From Alphaproteobacteria bacterium (GTDB lineage Bacteria; Pseudomonadota; Alphaproteobacteria; UBA828), in contig CBDCQT010000012.1 in assembly GCA_965220745.1 (NCBI GenBank), positions 256,001-320,000 on the forward strand: a stretch of DNA of 64,000 nucleotides, in the 5' to 3' direction. The position numbers and the translations under genes were made by a program. Positions 10,490 to 20,065 of this stretch are shown here, in pieces (the first letter of the stretch is position 1; every line of letters starts with the position of its first letter). The notes under the pieces were generated by a model. It saw nothing but the letters and a program-made list of their open reading frames with translations, was not told the DNA's origin and did not search any database.

Positions 10490-11053
10490 GCGGTTGCCTC
10501 CGCGACCACCCGTCTCCCGGTCACGCGGACCTCTTCTTCTCCGTCGCCATCCGACACCCGCACGAGGCGATACGTCGTGTTGCCCTCGGCCTGTGCCACT
10601 TCGGGTGCTGCGACCATGAGCTGAAGTTGGAGGTTTCGGCAGAGATCGAAGAGCACCGCGAGGTTCTCGCGGTCGAGCCGGTTCGCTTCGTCGAGGAGGA
10701 GGAGCCTGAGCGTCCCCTGCGCGCTCTGCGCCCGCAACAGGCTTGCGCCCCGCTCCCATGCGGTGAGCACCACCATCATGAGTGCGGCGCCGATCCCAAT
10801 GCTCTCGCCGGTCGAGATCCGAATCGAATTCGCCGTCTCCCATCCCGTCCCGGCCTTCCTTCTCACTTCGACGCGCGGATCGACATACTCGCGGTAGTCG
10901 AGGAGTCGATGTCCCTGTGCCCGTCGGCCGGCAAACTTCCGGAACAGTTCGTTGAGCGCCTCTTCGAGGGGGAGGTCGGGGGTGAAGAGCCTGCCCTGTC
11001 CGTCTCCTGTTCGGAGCGCCTCGAGGACGTTCTCCATCTCAGGCACGCGGCCC
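10486..11053 (-). pseudogene. mukB: MukB-type SMC ATPase, C-terminal head fragment (truncated, IS-interrupted)
   Basis: LLDYREY, signature ISTGESIG, Walker B LLLLDEANRLD, LQLMVAAPE and GNTTYRLVR match the E. coli MukB C-terminus as I recall it (LLDYRNY, LSTGEAIG, LFLDEAARLD, MQLIIAAPE, GTTYKLVR). Confidence 0.8.
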
Positions 11054-12316
11054 TGACCTGCCCCCGTCGACTGGTCCAGGTCGAATGTTAGTGCATCGCG
11101 GGTTCCTCGGCCAAGCTGGGTGGCCGGCGGAGCGTAGCGGAGCCGGGCGGCCAGCTTGGCATGATGATCGTCTCCGGGGCCGGCGGCCGGTATCCCAGGC
11201 TGCCGTGTGGGCGGATCGCGTTGTAATGGCACCGCCACGATTCGATGAGAACCTGGGCTTCCTTCAGGGTGTAGAAGATCTCCCCGTTCAGGAGCTCGTC
11301 GCGCAGCCGCGCATTGAAGCTCTCGATGTAGCCGTTCTCCCAGGGTGAGCCCGGCTCGATGAAGGCGGTGCGGGCGCTGACCGCAGCGATCCACCGCCTG
11401 ACGGCCTCGGCGACGAACTCCGGACCGTTGTCGGAACGGATCCAGGTCGGAATGCCGCGCAGGATGAACAGGTCGGTCAGCACATCGATGACGTCGATCG
11501 AGGAAAGCCTCCTGCGCACCCGGATGACCAGGCTCTCGCGGGTGAACTCGTCCAGGACGTTGAGCATGCGGAAGGCCCTGCCGTCATACGTCCGGTGATG
11601 GACGAAGTCGTAGGACCAGACGTGATCCGCCCTCTCGGCGCGCAGCCGGATGCAGGAGCCGTCATTGAGCCAAAGCCGGCCCCGCTTCGGTTGCTTGCCG
11701 GGCACCTTCAGCCCCTCGCGCCGCCACAAGCGCTCGATCCGCTTGTCGTTGACCTGCCAGCCGGCATCGCGAAGCAGGGCCGCGATGCGGCGATAGCCGT
11801 AACGGCCGTACTGGCGGGCCAGCTCGATCATGTACGCGACCAGGCGGTCCTCGTCGTCGCGGCCGCGCGGGATGCGGCGCTGGGTCGAGCGGTGCTGCCC
11901 CAGCACCCGGCAAGCGCGGCGTTCCGAGACCCCGAGCCGGTCACAGACATGATCGATGCACTGGCGCCGGCGCGAGGGGCTTAGAAGTTTCCCCCTGCGG
12001 CCTCTTTGAGAATCTGCTTGTCCAGCGTCAGATCGGAGACCGCACGGCGCAGCCGCTCGTTCTCCTTCTCGAGCTCCTTCAAACGGCGGAGCTGATCGCC
12101 GCTCATCCCGGCATACTCCTTGCGCCAGCGGTAGAAGGTAACCTCGCTGATCCCAAGCTCGCGGATCGCGTCCGCCATCGACATGCCCTGGCCGTTCAGA
12201 ACCTCAGCCCGCCGCAGCAGGCTCACGATCTCCTCGGGCTTGTAACGCTTCCTTGCCATCGTCGGTCCTCCTCTTTCCATAACCTAAGGGTGGACCAACT
12301 CGATGGGGGAGGATCA
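11054..12316 (-). mobile_element. IS3-family insertion sequence (IS407-like group), copy 1, 1263 bp
   Basis: Imperfect TIRs TGATCCTCCCCCATCGAGTTGGTCCA / TGACCTGCCCCCGTCGACTGGTCCA; 4-bp target duplication GCCC (11050-11053, 12317-12320). Confidence 0.95.
11088..12259 (-). CDS. IS3 transposase OrfAB (programmed -1 frameshift)
   Basis: OrfA HTH (MARKRYKPEEIV); slippery G GGA AAC; OrfB DDE core (WSYDF, SDNGPEF, NGYIESFN). Confidence 0.92.
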
Positions 12317-12651
12317 GCCCAGTCGCGCGCCCATTTGGATGTTATCGGGTTAAGATGACCATTTGAGCGGATCACTTTCATCTGGAACGTGAGAATGAAG
12401 GTGATGTCAAGCTCAAGATCCCTCCGGCCTGGTAAAGGGTTTTCTCCAAGGGAATCGGCATGCCCAATGAGGGAGCTTGCCGACGGCATGACAGCGCATT
12501 ACAGCACGAAACAGGCTCGCTTGCGTTCCATCCGGGCTGCCCAAAAGACCCCAGTAGACAGCCCCCACGGTAACACCGTGGAGGCAACCACTGCCGGCAA
12601 CAGTTGCGGAAGAGACAGTGTGCCGAACAGGCCGCGAACCCGACATCGCCG

Positions 12652-12861
12652 CTATGCGTCAGAATGACAACCCTCTTCGTCAGTACACAACTCGAACATC
12701 TCTTTCTTGAGTGCATCCTCAAGGGGCTTCTTTTCGGGATCGCATATGGGAGGTCGCTCCGTGCATGAGCGGTCTCCCTGCAAGGTGACGGCATGGGACG
12801 TCGAAATCGACGCAACCATGATGGCTGCCGCAAAAGGCAGCAGAGCGAGGGGGGCTTTCAT
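12652..12861 (-). CDS. Putative small secreted Cys-containing protein (69 aa)
   Basis: MKAPLALLPFAAAIMVASISTSHA reads as a signal peptide (SHA cleavage site), followed by a 4-Cys mature part; no homology recognised. Confidence 0.45.
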   Translation of the reverse strand: MKAPLALLPFAAAIMVASISTSHAVTLQGDRSCTERPPICDPEKKPLEDALKKEMFELCTDEEGCHSDA

Positions 12862-13213
12862 CGGACAATTCTCCCGCCAGCTTTTGGATCGAGTCTTGAG
12901 GCAAGTATGACAGTAACCGATTTCAACCCGAGGCGTGTGCGCTGTAGAGCAATCATCTTCAGAATTCGATTGCAGTGATGTGCATCGACCCGCGAAGCGA
13001 GCACGGTGGCTCGGGACCCTCAAACTCCGCCCCTGCGGGACCGGCCGCCCGCCCCGGCTCGGCGTTTCGGTGCACGGCGTTGCGGGCGTCGACGGTCCCG
13101 GCCCTTCGGCGGGCGGCGGGACCGTGGCGCCCCCGCAGCGCGGGAGTCGGACGGGAAGCGCGCGGATTCGACAACAATTGCCGACGCCATGGCACCGATC
13201 TTCAGCAGCTTGA

Positions 13214-13618
13214 GGCGTCGAGATCGGGGGAATGACCTTTTGGGGCTCGCCCTGGCAACCATAGTTCTTTGACATGGCCTTCAATCATGAGCGCGGCGCA
13301 GAGCTTCGCGAGAAGTGGGACCCGATACCGGCGCACGTCGATGTCCTGATCACCCACGGCCCGCTCCATGGCGTGTTCGACCGGACCGAGACGGGCGAGA
13401 ATGTCGGTTGCGGGGAGCTTCGTGACGCAACTCAGCGCACGTGCCCGCGGCTTCACGTCTTCGGACACATTGTCCATGGCCGCGGCTGGCGGCGCCTTGG
13501 GAGCACGCTTCATGTCAACGCACCGAGTTGCGCCGGCCGCCATGAGCCCCTCAACCCGGTGCCGGTTGTCGACCTTCCGGCTGGCGGCGATGCCATTATC
13601 GCAACCCAGGTGTTGTAG
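13214..13618 (+). pseudogene. Metallophosphoesterase (MPPED-like) C-terminal remnant
   Basis: FWGSPWQP*FFDMAF with in-frame TAG at 13262; DVLITHGP, VGCGEL, LHVFGHI; N-terminal half missing. Confidence 0.75.
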
Positions 13619-13847
13619 CGGAGAGCCGAAACCGGCCACCTTGCGGAACTCTGCGCGGAGAGCGAAGGCGGCATCGCGTGCCCGCAAGCTCGGTTCCAGG
13701 AAGTAGGGCGCCAAGTGGTTCGAACCGGGTATGTCCAAAGGCGCTCCGAGGGAGCGGTGAGCCGCCGGCCCTTGTCAGTCGGCCTGCCCGCGCCGATATG
13801 CATTACAAAACGAGCTACGAACGATTGGTCCTTTGCGGGAGGCGATC

Positions 13848-14852
13848 ATGGGGCCGGAGGACAGGCGCGGCGGCCGGGGGTCGGCTGACGACGAATTGGA
13901 GGGGCGCGACCTGCTGGTCGGCCGGCCGCAAGGGGCGGAGATCAGGCCGGGCGCCGGGACCGAACAATCGCCGGCGGCTGCAACGTCTTCGCAACCAGGT
14001 GCGCACGCCGAGAACATCCGGGAGATCCTCGAGACGGTGCGGGCGACGGCAGCCAAGATTGACGCACTTGAGGCCGCGTCAGGATCGGACCCGGAGAACG
14101 AGAAGGGCGACGCGCTGGCTCGCGAAACGGCGGCGCTGGCCAACGAGAGAACGGCGCTGGCTCGCGAGACGGCGGCGCTGACCGGCGCGAGAATGGCGCT
14201 GGCCGACGAGAGAGCGGCGCTGGCCGGCGAGAGAGCGGCGTTGTCTCAGGCGCTAAAAGCAGCCCGCGGCTCGCTCGCGAAGGCGGAGGCGCTCGCCGCG
14301 CGGTGGGAGGAGAAGGCGTCGTCCGAAGCCAGCGTGCTGTCCCAGGATATCGCCGCGCTGAAGAAGGAGAATGCAGCGCTCGGCACGTACGTCGGGGAAG
14401 CGCACAAGCTGGCAAATAAGGTGAGTGAGCAAATGCATACGGCGATGTCGGAGAGGAAGGCCGTCTACGACAGCAAGATCGACTTTCAGGAAACGGCGAA
14501 GGGGATGGCCGACACTCTTCGCGTTCACGCCGAGAGTCTTGGCGTTCACGCCGAGAACATGCTCCGCATCAATCGGAATCATCGGTTGCGCCCCTTGCGG
14601 ATAGGCGTGGCCTTTGGGGCCGCGTCGCTCGTGTTCTTCCTGCTGGGCACGGTGCTGCAGGCGGAGGTCGACGTGCTGTCGTTGGGCGATGAGTACCGCG
14701 AGTGGAACGACCATGTCCTGGAGCACTACGGTCCGACACTCGCCCTTTGCGCGATGCGCGCGACTTCGGCCGAAACGACCGGCAGGTGCCCGATCGACAT
14801 CGAGCCGGTGCCGGAGATTACGATTCCTTTCTCCTATCCCGAGTTGCGGTAG
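13848..14852 (+). CDS. Hypothetical coiled-coil protein with C-terminal transmembrane helix, upstream of the relaxase
   Basis: RBS GGGAGG; heptad repeats; hydrophobic IGVAFGAASLVFFLLGTVL. Confidence 0.7.
   Translation: MGPEDRRGGRGSADDELEGRDLLVGRPQGAEIRPGAGTEQSPAAATSSQPGAHAENIREILETVRATAAKIDALEAASGSDPENEKGDALARETAALANERTALARETAALTGARMALADERAALAGERAALSQALKAARGSLAKAEALAARWEEKASSEASVLSQDIAALKKENAALGTYVGEAHKLANKVSEQMHTAMSERKAVYDSKIDFQETAKGMADTLRVHAESLGVHAENMLRINRNHRLRPLRIGVAFGAASLVFFLLGTVLQAEVDVLSLGDEYREWNDHVLEHYGPTLALCAMRATSAETTGRCPIDIEPVPEITIPFSYPELR
14112..14243 (+). repeat. 21-bp tandem repeat (about 6 units) encoding ALAxExx heptads
   Basis: gcgctggctcgcgaaacggcg / gcgctggccaacgagagaacg / gcgctggctcgcgagacggcg and following units. 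Confidence 0.85.
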
Positions 14853-15131
14853 CCGTGAAACAGTTTCGGTCGCGGCACGCGGGGAGGCTGTCCAGCCCCA
14901 TGGGCATGGAGTTGGCCGAGATCGCCAGCGGCGGCGCGGCGGAGACGAACGATGGACTTCCCCGATATGGCCAGAAGCTGTCTCTCGCGGCCGACTGGAG
15001 TGCGGCAGGGCCGTTCGGGCGGCCTTGAGTTCAGCGTCCACGCCACCGAGGTGCGTTGCGCTTGACCGTTCGGATTGACCACGGTGCCGCTTGAGGAGGA
15101 TGCTGACCCCACAACGGAGCCGTAGGCGCCC

Positions 15132-18100
15132 ATGGTCTCGACCGTCACACCCCTGAAGCCCGCCGCTGCGACGGTGCACTACTTCGAGGTGGACGGGTAC
15201 TACGCGAAGAACGACCCGGAGCACCGCAAGGCGAGCCGCTGGCACGGCGAGGCTGCGGCGTTGCTGGGCCTGCACGGGCGGGTCAACCCGAAGCGCTTCG
15301 AGGCGATCCTCGCCGGCTACGTGCCAGGCACCGAGCTTCGCCTGGGGCGGCTGCGCGACGGCGAGCACCAGCACAGGCCCGGCGTGGACGTGACCCTCTC
15401 GGCGCCCAAGTCGGTCTCGCTGGAGGCGCTGGTCTATGCGCCGCCGAAGACGGGGGCACGTGTGTTGCGTGCGCACGACGAGGCGGTGCGCGCCACGCTG
15501 GGCTTCATCGAGGCGGAGCTGCTCCAGACCCGGAGCTACGACCGGCAGACGGGTCGGCGGCCTCGGGTGCAGGCCGACGGCATGGTCGCGGCGACCTTCC
15601 GCCACCTGGCGAGCCGCAACCTCGACCCGCAGCTGCACACGCATGCGGTGATCGCCAACATTACGCGCGGCCGGGACGGGGACTGGCGCAGCGCCGAGTT
15701 CACCGCGGTGCAACGCTCGAAGCTCTTGATCGGCGCCTACTACCGCAACGAGCTTCGGACCCGGCTCGAAAAGATCGGATACGCGACAGTGCCGACCCTG
15801 GTGGGCCGGATGCCGGGGTTCGAGATCGCGGGCTACCAGCGGCCGATGCTGGACGCGTTCTCGACCCGGCGCCGTGAGCTTCTGGACTACATGCAGGAAC
15901 AGGGCTGGGAGAACAACCCCGCCAGGGCCCAGCAGGCGGCGCTCTACACGCGGCGGCGCAAGGCGGAGCCGGAGCGGCAGATCCTGCTTGGGACGTGGCA
16001 GGAGCGGGCCCGGGAGCTCGGCCCGGCACGGGACCGGGACATCGCAAGGGGCCGCAACGGGGTCAGCGCATCGGCACTTTCCCGGAGCGAGGCGCGAGCG
16101 CCTCCGTCGGCGCTGTCGGTGGTGAGGCGGGCCGTCGAGCATCTTGAGGAACGGCGCACAGTGTTCTCCGCCAACGACCTGCGCGCCTGGGCGCTGGCGC
16201 ACGGGGGCGGCCGGCACTCGCTCGAAGCGCTGGATGCCGGTATCGCGCAGTTGCGGCGTGACGGGCACCTGATCGAGGCGAAGGCGAGGCGAGCAGACCT
16301 GGCCTTCGTCACCGACCGGGCGCGCAATGCCGAGCGCGACATCCTCGCCGGCATGCGCGCGGGCCTGGGCGGGGGTCGAAAGCTGGCGCCGAAGGCTGCG
16401 GTCGAGGCCCGGCTGGAGGAGGCCGGACTCAACGAGGGCCAACGCGATGCAGCCAGCACGATCCTGCTCTCGCCCCACCGCACGGTGGGGGTGCAGGGCC
16501 ACGCGGGATCGGGCAAGACCACCATGCTGCGCGCGGTGGCGGCGCTGGCGGAGGAGCGGAAAATCATTGGCCTCGCCCCGTCGGCGAGCGCAGCCCATGT
16601 GCTGGCCGGAGAGGCCGACATTCCGGCCCGCACCCTGCAGGGGTTCCTCGCGCGCTACCGCGACGTGGGCGACGGCATCGCCCCGTCCGAGAAGATGGAA
16701 GAAGCGCGCAAGGCCCTGGGCGGTGCCGTGCTGATCCTCGACGAGGCCTCGATGGTGGGCACGGTGCAGATGCGGGCATTGACGCGGATCGCAGAGCAGA
16801 CCGGCGTGGCACGGCTGGCGCTGGTCGGCGACCGCCGGCAGTTGCGCTCAGTGGAGGCCGGCCAGCCCTTCGGCCTGTTGCAGGACGCGGGCATGCCGAC
16901 GGCGAAGATGAACGAGGTGATGCGCCAGCGCGACGCGGACCTGAAAGCTGCCGTGCTGCACATGGTGGCGGACAAGCCACGGCTGGCGGTGGAGGAGCTG
17001 GGCAACGGGGTCCTGGAGATGGAGAGCGACGAGCTCGGCCGCACGGCGGCCCAACTCTGGCTGGACCTCCATCCGTCCTTACGCGCCGGAACGGCGATCC
17101 TGGCGCCCACGCACGAGCTTAGGGCCGAGATCAACGAAGCCGTTCGCCACGGCCTGGAAGACGAAGGGTTGCTGCACGGCCCCGAACTGGAGATCGAGCG
17201 CTACGTCAACCTGCAGCTGACACGCCCGCAGAAGGGCGATGTCGCGAACTACCGGCCAGGCGACGTCGCGGTCTTCCATCACGACGTCTACGGCGTCAAG
17301 GCCAGGGCCGGCGATGCCTGCCGCGTTCTCGAGGCACAGGATGACGGGCGTGTGCTGCTGGCGCATCCCGACGGCAGGGAGCGGCGGATCGACCCGGCCG
17401 GCTACATCCGCTACCGGCTCGACCTCTATGAGACACAGCCGATTGTGCTCAGGGCCGGGGACCAGGTGCGCTGGACCCGCAACGATGCGTTGCGCGGCCT
17501 GATCAACGGCGAACACGCCGAGATCCTCGCTATCGGCCCGGCAAACGTGCACATGCGAACCCAGGACGGGCGCGAGATCGCCATGCGGCGCGACGACCCG
17601 CAGCTGCACCATCTGGACCACGCGTACTCCTCCACCGTGCACGCGGCCCAGGGCCTCACCTGCGACCGGGTGATCGCGGTGCTCGACACGGACCGGGGCG
17701 CGCCGGTCGACCAGGCGATGTTCTACGTGGAGCTCACCCGCGCCAGGGACAACGTGGTGCTGCTGACGGACGACCGCGAGGCGCTGATCGAGGCGCTGGA
17801 GACGGCGCCGGCGGAGGAGCTGTCGGCGCTGAAGGCGATCGGCGAGCAGTTCGAGGCGCCGGAGGAGACCGTTCAACGGCACCCGCTGCATCAGCGGCCT
17901 GCCGTTGTTGACGGTGCAACGAGGGAGCGGCGCAGGGCAGCGGAGCGCCTCGTCGATCAAACCCTGTCGGCGGGCGCGGCCTTGATCCGGGAGCGTGACG
18001 AGCACGCCCGCGAAGCCCATTCGCGTGACGCTCACGTCACCCTTGCGCCCGGCTATGACGAATGGCGGAAAGGCGCCGTGCAGACGCTGGCCGATTGCAA

Positions 18101-18506
18101 CAAGATCCTTGAAGACCGCGAGACGTTCGAGATCCACCTCGACCGCCGCCCCGGCGCGGAAGACGAATTGCGGGGGCTTTCCGCGCAGGTCGAGAGCGAC
18201 CTCGAAGAGGACGACACCGAGATCCAACGCCGCCGCCAGCAGCAGGAACGCCTGCAGAGACAGGAACAGCAGAAGCAGGAGCAACAAGAACAGGCGAAGC
18301 GAGAGCAGGAGAGGCGAGAACAGGAGAGGCGAGAGCAGAAGAGGCGAGAACAGGAGAGGCGAGAGCAGGAGACGCGAGAGCGGGAGACGCGAGAACAGGA
18401 GAGGCGAGAGCAAGAGAGGCGAGAGCAAGAGAGGCGAGAGCAAGAGACGCAAGAACAGTCGCACCGGAAAGGGATGACGCGCGGTCGGGGCGGCATCTCG
18501 ATGTGA
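15132..18506 (+). CDS. MOBF conjugative relaxase-helicase (TrwC/TraI-like)
   Basis: HYFEVDGYY catalytic tyrosines; DVTLSAPKSVS; HLASRNLDPQLHTH HUH motif; Walker A GHAGSGKTT; DEAS; HAYSSTVHAAQG. Confidence 0.95.
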   Translation: MVSTVTPLKPAAATVHYFEVDGYYAKNDPEHRKASRWHGEAAALLGLHGRVNPKRFEAILAGYVPGTELRLGRLRDGEHQHRPGVDVTLSAPKSVSLEALVYAPPKTGARVLRAHDEAVRATLGFIEAELLQTRSYDRQTGRRPRVQADGMVAATFRHLASRNLDPQLHTHAVIANITRGRDGDWRSAEFTAVQRSKLLIGAYYRNELRTRLEKIGYATVPTLVGRMPGFEIAGYQRPMLDAFSTRRRELLDYMQEQGWENNPARAQQAALYTRRRKAEPERQILLGTWQERARELGPARDRDIARGRNGVSASALSRSEARAPPSALSVVRRAVEHLEERRTVFSANDLRAWALAHGGGRHSLEALDAGIAQLRRDGHLIEAKARRADLAFVTDRARNAERDILAGMRAGLGGGRKLAPKAAVEARLEEAGLNEGQRDAASTILLSPHRTVGVQGHAGSGKTTMLRAVAALAEERKIIGLAPSASAAHVLAGEADIPARTLQGFLARYRDVGDGIAPSEKMEEARKALGGAVLILDEASMVGTVQMRALTRIAEQTGVARLALVGDRRQLRSVEAGQPFGLLQDAGMPTAKMNEVMRQRDADLKAAVLHMVADKPRLAVEELGNGVLEMESDELGRTAAQLWLDLHPSLRAGTAILAPTHELRAEINEAVRHGLEDEGLLHGPELEIERYVNLQLTRPQKGDVANYRPGDVAVFHHDVYGVKARAGDACRVLEAQDDGRVLLAHPDGRERRIDPAGYIRYRLDLYETQPIVLRAGDQVRWTRNDALRGLINGEHAEILAIGPANVHMRTQDGREIAMRRDDPQLHHLDHAYSSTVHAAQGLTCDRVIAVLDTDRGAPVDQAMFYVELTRARDNVVLLTDDREALIEALETAPAEELSALKAIGEQFEAPEETVQRHPLHQRPAVVDGATRERRRAAERLVDQTLSAGAALIRERDEHAREAHSRDAHVTLAPGYDEWRKGAVQTLADCNKILEDRETFEIHLDRRPGAEDELRGLSAQVESDLEEDDTEIQRRRQQQERLQRQEQQKQEQQEQAKREQERREQERREQKRREQERREQETRERETREQERREQERREQERREQETQEQSHRKGMTRGRGGISM
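18300..18458 (+). repeat. 15-bp tandem repeat (10 units plus a partial unit) encoding REQER/REQET in the relaxase tail
   Basis: Units of consensus cgagarcargagasg counted directly. Confidence 0.9.
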
Positions 18507-18700
18507 CCCGGCTCACGGGGCGCCCATTCGGTCACCCCAGGCTCGCCCGCCGCGGCAAACGATTGAGGCTCGACCAGCTCGTGACCTGCCTCACCGGCAA
18601 CATCCTGCAGTCTCGAGTCTGCCCTGGCCCGTCGCCACTGCCGCGCCCGGAGGCGACCCGGAACGCGCTGCAACGCGACAGGAAACACCCCTGCGGACGG

Positions 18701-19085
18701 TCAGATGCCACCCTCCACCCCGGCCAGAACCACGACATAGCCGTCCGGGTCCCGCAGCCAGCACTCTCGGTGGCGGGCATTGGGGTTTACATGCGGCTCC
18801 TCGAGAAACTCGACGCCCAGCCCGCGCGCCCGTTCGACCGCGGCGTCGAACGCGTCGGTCCGGAACCAGAGCAGCACGCCGTTGCCGTATGGCCGGGACT
18901 CGGGGTCGCCCATATGCGGATGGTCGTCCGCGTCCCAACGGTGAAGCTGGAGGATAATGCGGTCGCCGGACACGAGCCGCTCATAGTCCGGCCCCCCCGC
19001 GCCCGCTCTCGCAACCGAGAAGCTCCCGGCACCAGAGGCTGCCCGCCCCCACATCCCGGACGGCAACGAGCGGTTGCGGCTCCAT
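18701..19085 (-). pseudogene. VOC/glyoxalase family protein, frameshifted
   Basis: MEPQPLVAVRDV...LLGCESG and PDYERL...WLRDPDGYVVVLA lie in different frames; the shift is near the C7 run at 18992-18998. Confidence 0.75.
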
Positions 19086-19265
19086 GCGCCGGCTTCCTCC
19101 GATCATGTCCCAGCGGCTGGCGTAAGAACCTTGTGCTCTGCGCGGCGTCCGGCGGCGTATGTCATTTTCCACCAGACCCCGCATGAAAGTCTGTCCGGTG
19201 GCTGCGAATCCGTTGCCCTTCCGACTCCTCTGAACCCTGTCTGCCGAGCCGGCCTTCCGCCATGA

Positions 19266-19706
19266 TCAATCCAGCCCGTCCGCGGCCATGCGCGTGTGGA
19301 GACGCTCGACTGTGGCCGCTGCTGCCCGCTCCCCGAACAGATCGGTGAGAAGCGACTTCAACTCGTACTCACGCGCGTCGCGCACCATCTCCCGCATCCT
19401 CGCCTCCACCAGAAAGTTGAGGGCGTTACGGATGCGCGTCATCACAGCTTCCTCCGATTCCGTCTCCGCCGTGCGATTCGCGATCTTCACCACACTGTCG
19501 TGAAGGCGTCGCTGTTCCGCCTCGTCCAGCACCAGGCGAGGTGGCTTTGGCGCCTCCGTCGTCGGGTCCACGTTGAGCCCGCACTCCACGAGATAGCGCG
19601 AGATGGACATCTCCCGACGGTCGGCCAGCACGCGCGCACGCTCCCACTCGGCGTCGGTGCAGGATATCGAATGAACCTTCGACTGTGACCGGCGCTTGCG
19701 CCTCAT
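19266..19706 (-). CDS. Ribbon-helix-helix protein (MobC/NikA-like relaxosome accessory), paralogue 3
   Basis: HSISCTDAEWERARVLADRREMSISRYLV. Confidence 0.7.
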   Translation of the reverse strand: MRRKRRSQSKVHSISCTDAEWERARVLADRREMSISRYLVECGLNVDPTTEAPKPPRLVLDEAEQRRLHDSVVKIANRTAETESEEAVMTRIRNALNFLVEARMREMVRDAREYELKSLLTDLFGERAAAATVERLHTRMAADGLD

Positions 19707-20065
19707 CCTCGACCCTCGCCGCTGTCATCGGCACGGCTCTGTGCCTCCCTCACCAGGAAGGCGAGCGCCCCGAGCGCCGACATCTCCGTTCCTTGCAACC
19801 GCGTCAGCAACGCCTCGTTGCAGCGGTCCAGGAGCGCTATCCGCTCGTAAAGAATCCGCTGTTCGTCCTCGCTCAGCACCAGGCTCGGATCCTCCGACTC
19901 GTCCTCCTCGTCCCTGCCATGCAGCGCGCAGGCGATCATGAAACGCGAGAAGTTCATCCCCGCTTCCTCGGCGCGCCGTGCAATCAGCGCTCGGTCCGCC
20001 GCCGAGCAATAGATGCTGTGCTGCCGTACCCTGTCTCGCTTGCCGCTCTCCCCGTCCGCCGTCAT
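19703..20065 (-). CDS. Ribbon-helix-helix protein (MobC/NikA-like), paralogue 2
   Basis: HSIYCSAADRALIARRAEEAGMNFSRFMI; ATGA overlaps on both sides. Confidence 0.7.
   Translation of the reverse strand: MTADGESGKRDRVRQHSIYCSAADRALIARRAEEAGMNFSRFMIACALHGRDEEDESEDPSLVLSEDEQRILYERIALLDRCNEALLTRLQGTEMSALGALAFLVREAQSRADDSGEGRG

Noticed and set aside
10486-11394. 302-aa ORF as a single gene
   Set aside because: Its first ~113 residues are an alternative frame of the IS; only 10486-11053 is MukB-like.
13077-13141. Hairpin considered as an integron attC site
   Set aside because: No RYYYAAC...GTTRRRY boxes in the required order and no integron integrase; the integrase present is P4-type.
18300-18458. 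Regular repeat array considered as CRISPR
   Set aside because: Contiguous 15-bp in-frame coding repeats with no spacers and no cas genes.
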